Part shown: in pieces, positions 39,931 through 46,612 of the stretch
Position numbering within the stretch: position 1 is the stretch's first letter
How the letters are laid out: each line of letters begins with the position of its first letter
Source of the DNA: Pseudomonadota bacterium
Lineage (GTDB): Bacteria; Bdellovibrionota_C; UBA2361; OMII01
Assembly: GCA_027485595.1 (NCBI GenBank)
Contig: JAIXQT010000048.1
Coordinates: 1 to 54,914 of the forward strand
DNA length: 54,914 bases
Direction of reading: 5' to 3'
Notes under the pieces: model-generated
The model's input: the letters and a program-made list of their open reading frames with translations, nothing else
What the model was told of the DNA's origin: nothing
Databases searched by the model: none
Program-made: the position numbers and the translations under genes

Positions 39931-39971
39931 CCTAGATGGGCGGATCGGCACAATACTATGTTATGCATCAC
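39931..39971 (+). mobile_element. attI-like cassette entry site 2 (core GTTATGC at 39960-39966)
   Basis: GTTATGCATCAC is the exact 12-bp reverse complement of 40645-40656; CGGATCKGCACAATAC(C)TATGTTAT shared with site 1; 21/22 direct repeat at 39772-39793. Confidence 0.55.
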
Positions 39972-39979
39972 GAGGAGCC

Positions 39980-40648
39980 ATGAAGCATTTTGCCGCCCTA
40001 ATACTTGCAGCCGCTTTCCCGATCTCCGCGTTTGCCGGGTCCGGGTCGTACATCGTCATAGTGGGTCGCGGCACGCCGTCGGTGTCAGTTACCCAGCAAA
40101 TGTCGGCCGACTACGTCGGAATACCGGTTACGATCAGGGGCAGCGCTAAGGATGCAGCCAAGCGGCTCGACGACATCGTGCGGGCCAGATCAATGCTCGA
40201 AGATGCCGTCAAGAAGACTGGCACTCTGGAAGTGCAGTGGGTCAATAGTTCATTTTCGGCCGAAGCGGGCAGGTCTTTCAGTAAACTCTCGAGCTCGAGC
40301 TACGGGGCGGACTCGCAATCACAATTGTTTATCCTCGGTAAGGTATCCGAACCTTGCGGGACGCTACAGGTCGTCCGGAAAATCATTGCAGTGATTGCGG
40401 GAGTTCCACCCATTGATGATGTTGGTATTTCCACTGGAGAATCCTCTCTGGGTGTCGTGGATCCTGAGCAGTATCGCGGGAACTTAATTACTCTCATCAA
40501 TGAAGAGGCTGCTCGGTTGAAATCGGGATTTCGCGGCGTCGCGCAGATCGAAGTTTCCGGTCTCGAGGCTCCGATTGCTGTCGTGCAAAAGAATGACTGC
40601 GAAGTATCTCTCTTTCTTCCGTATCGACTCAGCCTGACGAAGGAGTGA
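39980..40648 (+). CDS. Gene cassette, secreted hypothetical protein (weak SIMPL-like resemblance)
   Basis: GAGGAG RBS; signal peptide ending AFA; bounded by a GTT core and an attC. Confidence 0.7.
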   Translation: MKHFAALILAAAFPISAFAGSGSYIVIVGRGTPSVSVTQQMSADYVGIPVTIRGSAKDAAKRLDDIVRARSMLEDAVKKTGTLEVQWVNSSFSAEAGRSFSKLSSSSYGADSQSQLFILGKVSEPCGTLQVVRKIIAVIAGVPPIDDVGISTGESSLGVVDPEQYRGNLITLINEEAARLKSGFRGVAQIEVSGLEAPIAVVQKNDCEVSLFLPYRLSLTKE

Positions 40649-40649
40649 T

Positions 40650-40734
40650 GCATAACAAACATTAGCTGCGGAGCGGTCCAGTAGCCGAGATGAATGAAAC
40701 CGCGGTGGCCGCCCGCAGTAATTAAACGTTATGC
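40650..40734 (+). mobile_element. attC site 4
   Basis: GCATAAC-aaaca-TTAGCTGCGGAGCGG...CCGCCCGCAGTAA-ttaaac-GTTATGC; perfect complementary cores and two extra bases in the left arm. Confidence 0.88.
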
Positions 40735-41132
40735 TTTTATAACGAATCCAATCGGTTTTTTTGAACTTGGCGGCGGTAGATCCATCAGTTGTTGAATAGC
40801 AAAGCGAACAGCTCGTAGTTCATCCTCAGTATCGTGAAATCCTCGTGCCACTCGATCCTCCAGTCGTTCTAATCGCAACTTCAACTCACGGTGTTCAGAG
40901 ATTATCTCTCGAGCGTGAATGAAAGCTCTTACAACCAGAATGCTTGTCTCAATCGCCACTCGACTGTTCAGAACGGTTGCGGCCATGATAGCTCCGTGTT
41001 CCGTAAAAGCGAGCGGTAAGGTGCCTGAAAATTTGAGCTTGCGGAGGTGGTCGCAAATTGCGACCACCTCGTCCATTTCAGCTTTCGTCAATTCCAAGAC
41101 GAAATCGGCCGGAAAACGCTCACTATTTCGTT
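40729..41132 (-). pseudogene. ORF6N domain gene copy 3, 5'-truncated
   Basis: Closely similar to copy 2 from RNSERFPADFVL onward; homology stops abruptly at about 41132. Confidence 0.8.
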
Positions 41133-41464
41133 GTTCTGGATCCGAGCAGAAAAATGCCGCAGCCGCTGAGGCACTTGGTATTACAGCTCAAGCATATTCC
41201 AGTAACAGAAAATGCCCTTTTTGTGCCGAGTACGTTAAAGCAGAGGCGCGCGTATGTAGATTTTGTCAGAAAGACCTCCCTCGATTAGATGCATCGAGGA
41301 GTGAGCTCTCCGAAATACGGACCGACATGGATCGGAATCAGGCTCATGCCGATGAGCAGAAACCACTCTTAGATCGACTTGGTGTAGAGCAGAGAGACGG
41401 ATTGTTCTATTACCACGGCAAAGGCTACCACAGTTTATCCGACATCCCATTTGGCAAGAAATAA
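41133..41464 (+). pseudogene. 3' fragment of a zinc-ribbon (UPF0547-like) protein gene
   Basis: RKCPFCAEYVKAEARVCRFCQKDL; no independent 5' end, fused back-to-back to truncated ORF6N copy 3. Confidence 0.65.
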
Positions 41465-41474
41465 TGGGGACGCA

Positions 41475-41963
41475 CTAAAATCCGATCCTTCTCTTGGGTG
41501 GCACCGGTGTCGCTTCGCTCATTAGCTGCCGGGTCGCGTCGAAAACGACCTTGAATTGCGCATCATAGTTTTGCTCGAGACGGTTCAATCGGCCGGTCAA
41601 CTCTGCATTTGAGGCGACAAGTTGTCGAAGTTTGACAAATGCTCTTATGACTTGGATGTTTATCTCGACTGCACGCTCGCTCCGCAGCACACTTGAGAGC
41701 ATAGCGACGCCATGTTCGGTGAATGCGTACGGGGCTGTTCGCCGTCATCCTCGCCCCTTTGAGGTCACAATTTGTGACCTCAAAGCTGTAAACTCCTGAA
41801 AGGATAACTGAAACATAAAATCAGGGGGAAATCGCTTAATGTTTCGTTGAACAGCTTGGACGAGGGCCTTGGTCTCAACTTAATAGAGCGCTGCTAGATC
41901 TTGATCCAGCATCACCCGCTCCTCTCGGATAATTTAAATGAGAGATTCAATTCGATCGGTCAC
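41475..41963 (-). pseudogene. ORF6N domain gene copy 4 with three in-frame stop codons
   Basis: From GTG 41963 (GGAG RBS): [51 protein letters not shown]...[24 protein letters not shown]...PKRRIGF; 489 nt, frame intact. Confidence 0.85.
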
Positions 41964-42019
41964 GGTAGCTTCTCCAAATAATGGAGATATCGGGAGATCT
42001 ACGAAAATGTTTCGTCATA

Positions 42020-42070
42020 GGCTAACAAGGGTATCAAGCGGAGGCGAGAACGCCCCGGTCATGCCCCCTG
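42020..42070 (+). mobile_element. Degenerate attC (left half intact, core lost)
   Basis: GGCTAAC-aaggg-TATCAAGCGG is a typical left end; right side CCGGTCATGCCCC lacks GTT. Confidence 0.4.
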
Positions 42071-42210
42071 GCACACCCTACTTTTTGAGGATAGGCGATC
42101 CGATAAAGTAGGGTGCACCAAAGGCCTTGGGGATTTTTAGTTTGAGGTTCGTGTACGGTCACGTTCTCGAGCACGTTAACGAGGGAGAATAGGAGGTTTG
42201 CCTCGCGTCC

Positions 42211-43116
42211 CTAGGTCTCCACAACCCGAGTAACGATACCACATATCCTGTTCTCCTTGGATTCTCCGAGAATCAAGAGATCCTGGTCGATCTCTCCAAA
42301 GGTGTAGGCCCGTATCGACGTAAGGTTCTCCTGAAGGACGCGACGGAGTGTATCAAAGCGCTTTGCACGCGCGCGCTCTGCCGCGTCGCTATCCACTAAC
42401 GCCGTTGAGACCCACCCAAAGAGCTGATTTATCGACCTCACAGTGCTTGGCACCGCAGGTGGCTCCCCAAGTTGCCTCTGCATCTGCGCCTTGGTAAGGG
42501 GCCAGAGGCGAGTCTTTGTAAAACACACTACCTCTATCGGAAAATCAGACTCGCTCATCCACTGAAGCCCCTCGATAGCGGGGGAAATGGCCTTTACCAC
42601 TGGGATGTTTCCATAGTCAGGGATGCCCCGAGCTATCCAGCGCTCAACCGCGATCCTGGCATCAGAGGTGAGCGGCTCACGAGCAGCCCACAGGGATAGC
42701 TCATGGGCACGAACCGGATTCGGCTTAGAACCGAGTATGGAGAGCAAGAGACCAGCATCCCCTTCGGTCAATCTCTGGGCTCCGCGCATCTCACGCAGCC
42801 AAGCAGAGGTAAGGCGAAACGCCTCAACCCTACGCACGGGTATTGACTTAGCGCTCTCGGCATTCGTTGAGTTCGCGAGCCATAGATCGGCCGCTGATTG
42901 CGCCTCAGGGCTCAAGGAGCGGCGTGCCTTGAACAAAGCCGCGCGAGCGAACTCCGCTTCCTGCTTTGTCATCCCCGGGCCATCCACCTCAAAAGCCGCT
43001 AAGATGAGCTGCATCTCCCGCTTTGAGACCGTGCGTTCGACATCAAGACTCCCCGGAGAGCGCGCGAAGCTCAGCAGGAGTGAAAAGAGAGTAGTGACGG
43101 TGAATATGGTATTCAT
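42211..43116 (-). CDS. Secreted protein with C-terminal nuclease A inhibitor (NuiA)-like domain
   Basis: Hydrophobic N-terminus; EGLQWMSESDFPIEV, RFDTLRRVLQENL, GEIDQDLLILG and terminal GIVTRVVET match the NuiA pattern. Confidence 0.7.
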   Translation of the reverse strand: MNTIFTVTTLFSLLLSFARSPGSLDVERTVSKREMQLILAAFEVDGPGMTKQEAEFARAALFKARRSLSPEAQSAADLWLANSTNAESAKSIPVRRVEAFRLTSAWLREMRGAQRLTEGDAGLLLSILGSKPNPVRAHELSLWAAREPLTSDARIAVERWIARGIPDYGNIPVVKAISPAIEGLQWMSESDFPIEVVCFTKTRLWPLTKAQMQRQLGEPPAVPSTVRSINQLFGWVSTALVDSDAAERARAKRFDTLRRVLQENLTSIRAYTFGEIDQDLLILGESKENRICGIVTRVVET

Positions 43117-43258
43117 AAGGGACTCCGAAGATTACTAACCGGGTGATGGCTGACTATCGGTAGCGCGCGGCGAAAGTTGCGCGGTCTTTATGAAATTTTC
43201 CCTACTTAAGAACGAAATCGAGGTCTCCGCTCCCTTCTCGCTAGCATAAGAGCTCTTC

Positions 43259-43630
43259 TTAGTTCCTGGTGCCAGGCTCCTTCGAACAGAAGCGGATATA
43301 CCAAATAAACCGGGTCTTTTCGTATGATTGAGAAAAGTAGCCTGGCACCAGAAAGAAAAACCGGTGGTCATTTGCGCAAGCCATCCTATCTTCGCGCGAG
43401 GCGGCCTTGAGAAGTTGCGCACAGCCGTATCTAGTAATGGCTGCCCAGTAGTTGACGAAATCGTTACCACCGATAGTTTGCCGATGCGCTATGCTCAAGG
43501 GGAGCTAGTAACGGTCATTTCAGTTAGACCGCTCTTGGCAGAGGCCATTAAACGTATTTCCAGCGGTCAAGCCGCTAGCCTTAGGGAGCGACAGGGGGTT
43601 TGTGGCGAACTAGACCAGGGGGTGAGGTAG
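43259..43630 (+). pseudogene. C-terminal fragment of ribose-phosphate pyrophosphokinase (Prs-like)
   Basis: VVICASHPIF, VDEIVTTDSLP, VISVRPLLAEAIKRISSG; N-terminal domain absent, in-frame TGA upstream. Confidence 0.65.
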
Positions 43631-43639
43631 ACCTATCAC

Positions 43640-44317
43640 TCAGCGTGGAGATTGATACAAGAGAGCCGCTATCTTCTCCATGGAAATGTCATCCACTGAG
43701 CGTACAAGGAGATCTGCCGGCCACGCATTGGTGGTGTCCGTCACAATACCGATACAACGCATCCCCGCCCTCCCAGCACCTACTAATCCGTTATATCCGT
43801 CCTCTATCACCAGGCAATCTTGCGCTTCCATAGAAAGCCGCGACGCTGCCTCTAGAAAGACATCAGGAGCTGGCTTTCCATGCGGCACCTCTTCGGATGA
43901 CACTACTACTTCAAAGGAATCACGGAGTACGGGGTGACTTATTACCTGATGTATAAAATGTAACGGAGCGCCGGACGCCACCGCCAGCCTATAGCCACAT
44001 GCGATGGCCTCACCGAGAAGACGCTCAATATTTGGTATCAGCGGAATGCCTTGCTCAATCTTCTTATTAAGAATTCGCCATTTGAGCTGCTCAACATCGT
44101 TCACGAACGTCGGTGACACACCATGATTTTCGAGGATATCCGAGAACATCTCCCGGTCAGGAACCCCGGAGTAGCGAATCGTCAATTCATGAGCGATGCA
44201 GGTAATACCGAATCGGGCTAAAGCCTCCACCTCTGATTCGGAATGCAGGCGCTGGGTGTCCGAGATGACACCGTCCATGTCAAATATAATCGCCTTGTCA
44301 GCGCAGTCCTTTGTCAT
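43640..44317 (-). CDS. HAD family phosphatase (beta-PGM/CbbY-like)
   Basis: IIFDMDGVISDT, LAVASG, GKPAPDVF, CLVIEDG..GL motifs. Confidence 0.92.
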   Translation of the reverse strand: MTKDCADKAIIFDMDGVISDTQRLHSESEVEALARFGITCIAHELTIRYSGVPDREMFSDILENHGVSPTFVNDVEQLKWRILNKKIEQGIPLIPNIERLLGEAIACGYRLAVASGAPLHFIHQVISHPVLRDSFEVVVSSEEVPHGKPAPDVFLEAASRLSMEAQDCLVIEDGYNGLVGAGRAGMRCIGIVTDTTNAWPADLLVRSVDDISMEKIAALLYQSPR

Positions 44318-44586
44318 GGCAGGAGCCCCGTTAGTTCATCAGTTGAAGGCGGCTCGATTCCCTCAAGCAACGCACCGTTGGTTTCAAACATTGCGCGATA
44401 AAATGACGCAAATCCCAACGTGAACTCCCTGACAAGCTGACGTTGTTTTTTATCTTGAACCAACTCTCGGTTGACCTTGGTAACCATATAATCCCGAAGG
44501 CCGACTCGATTCGCCTGGGCAAAATGAACCAGGTGATATTGAGCCTGCGCTACCTCAAAAGCTTGGGCCACGTCATGAGGACCCAC
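44314..44586 (-). CDS. Hypothetical protein, probably the 3' remnant of a longer gene
   Basis: Stop overlaps the HAD start (ATGA); no clear RBS or family motif. Confidence 0.35.
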   Translation of the reverse strand: MGPHDVAQAFEVAQAQYHLVHFAQANRVGLRDYMVTKVNRELVQDKKQRQLVREFTLGFASFYRAMFETNGALLEGIEPPSTDELTGLLP

Positions 44587-44985
44587 AATCTCAATATCAA
44601 AATCAAATTCACGAGGACTACAACACCAACCTATAAATGTGTTTGGTCCCCATCGGTCTCCGAAAACAATACCCCGTTCGTGCGCTTAACGTAAGTGTTG
44701 AAAGACGGCGTACACTGACTCCAGACGGGAAATGTGTGTCAGTCATGACTATCTGCCTTTTCCTTGTTGCAGCCCGCTATGAGCGACTTTCCTTTCTAGC
44801 CCGTCGACTTGTGCAGGTGTCCGTGCGTCTTGAGATGGCAACTTCGGGCGTCAGAAAGTGGGGCAAAGGGGACGGGACCCTTTCCGCCTTTCATTGCCGC
44901 ATTTATCAATCCGTCGCTACTATCCGCGACTTTGAAATAAGCTTTCCATGCTACGTTTTCCCAACGACAGGGAGAGGACTACATC

Positions 44986-45219
44986 ATGAATACACAAAAA
45001 ACGCTCTCAGCAACTCCTGCTCCAATCGGGCAAGATAGCGACATCTACGGACTTTGGTCCGATATGTTAGAGCCCTCACCTCGTTACACGCCAGCGCCTC
45101 CCGTATCTGTCGGTGCAGCAAACACCTCAACGGAACCCAATAACGATAGGCACCCTCTCGGAGAGCTTCGCCTACCAAAAAGGAAGGCTCGGATAGGTTT
45201 CAATACGTTGCTAGATTAG
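44986..45219 (+). CDS. Small hypothetical protein with a basic-RIGF motif near the C-terminus
   Basis: GGGAGAGG RBS; low-complexity body; ends PKRKARIGFNTLLD. Confidence 0.5.
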   Translation: MNTQKTLSATPAPIGQDSDIYGLWSDMLEPSPRYTPAPPVSVGAANTSTEPNNDRHPLGELRLPKRKARIGFNTLLD

Positions 45220-45305
45220 TCGATTGTGCGGAGTAACTACGTCCGTCACCATGTATCGCTCAAGGGAGATAAAGAGAAGCATAACCCTCTCCTTGTGGGA
45301 ACCGT

Positions 45306-46532
45306 TTACTTAGCGCTTGAACCGAGTGCTACCAACACCGACACCCGACGTTCGGAGCGAGATATCTTGATGGCTTTTGCGGGAGAAACGGAAACAAACT
45401 CGCCGCCAACATCTTTTTGATACCGAGCCTTTATCATCTCCCGATAACACTCATAGAATTCGGTCGACTCATCCTGAGAATCCCACTCACTCGTCCACGA
45501 GACGAATCTCTTAGCGCTCTCTCCCTTAAAGATTATAACTCTATCCCTTCGCCACCCTTCAGCGCATGCGGCGCCCCTGTGCTTGGATGATAAGGCGGTA
45601 CCTAGGAGCGCAGAGACCGCGAACTCTCCCACCGTATCGGCGTAGATCGGGGAAGCCTTTTCAACGGGGCGCTCTACATCCTCACGAGGAAGCTGCTCTG
45701 GAATGAACGAGCGATTTACATACTGCTCTGGATGGAGAACCTCCCGAGATGTCGTAGGTGGATGAGAAAAGGCAGCGTTTATCGCCGACATCCCACCAAA
45801 CCTTTGCACGTGGCGAACAAACGTAAGCCCATCAAGGTAGGGAAACAGCAGGATTCGTTCCAAGGTTTCGGGAATCTTCGCGGCGGACTCTGGAAAGGTG
45901 ACCTCTGAAAGACCTTTTGAAGACCTACTCGATCTTCCGGTCATAAAATCCTGCATGATTGCGGTAGCGTCCCCCTCAACGAGTGCCGCACGGGCCATGA
46001 GCTCGTCACTCTCTCGCTCCTTAGGATCAAGAAAGTGAGAGAGCCCGAACTTCTGATCCTGCAACGCGTGGGTGAGCTCATGCACAGCGACCGGACCTTG
46101 AAGGTTTTCCGGCATAGAATCGAGCATCACGAACTCCTTCCTGTCAGGATCGTAGTAGCCACCGATCTGCTGCACATACGCCTGCACGATCTCTTTCTCG
46201 TAGGGGTAGTCATCCGGCACGATCCCAAGCGCTTGGTACCAGAGCTGTTCCATCGCCAAGGTCTCTTGCGGAAACTTTTCCGCTATATTCTTTCGGAGAA
46301 ATATCTCGATCTCTCCACGAGAGCGAATAACACACGGAACCGAGGCGTGAGGAGCAAGGGAACGGAGCTTGCCCGCCTCAAGAAGCGCCCGCTCGGTCAC
46401 AGCGCACATGCTTGGCTCCGCGACAGCGTGCGGGCCCGACACGAGACACAACGCGGTTACCACAAAGAACTGTGCGCGGACGACACGCGTAAGGATCCCC
46501 AGCGAGCTGTTGAATATGTACCTCGAAACCAT
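45306..46532 (-). CDS. Secreted/membrane putative zinc metallopeptidase-like protein
   Basis: QIGGYYDP, VAVHELTHALQDQKF (HExxH), ARAALVEGDAT, LFPYLDG, PPTTSREVLHPE. Confidence 0.75.
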   Translation of the reverse strand: MVSRYIFNSSLGILTRVVRAQFFVVTALCLVSGPHAVAEPSMCAVTERALLEAGKLRSLAPHASVPCVIRSRGEIEIFLRKNIAEKFPQETLAMEQLWYQALGIVPDDYPYEKEIVQAYVQQIGGYYDPDRKEFVMLDSMPENLQGPVAVHELTHALQDQKFGLSHFLDPKERESDELMARAALVEGDATAIMQDFMTGRSSRSSKGLSEVTFPESAAKIPETLERILLFPYLDGLTFVRHVQRFGGMSAINAAFSHPPTTSREVLHPEQYVNRSFIPEQLPREDVERPVEKASPIYADTVGEFAVSALLGTALSSKHRGAACAEGWRRDRVIIFKGESAKRFVSWTSEWDSQDESTEFYECYREMIKARYQKDVGGEFVSVSPAKAIKISRSERRVSVLVALGSSAK

Positions 46533-46612
46533 GCTCGTTACTTTTCGTTTTTAGCTCGTAAAATCACCTCGAATCGTTGCGGCGAGCACTCTTCGCGAGT
46601 TAGATTGCGCAC

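Noticed and set aside
40919-41464. 181-aa plus-strand ORF as a real gene
   Set aside because: Its first part is antisense to ORF6N copy 3; only the portion after about 41133 is a genuine zinc-ribbon fragment
38921-41963. Alternative genetic code or stop readthrough to explain in-frame stops in ORF6N copies
   Set aside because: Both TAA and TGA occur, and all three stop codons terminate normal genes elsewhere in the window
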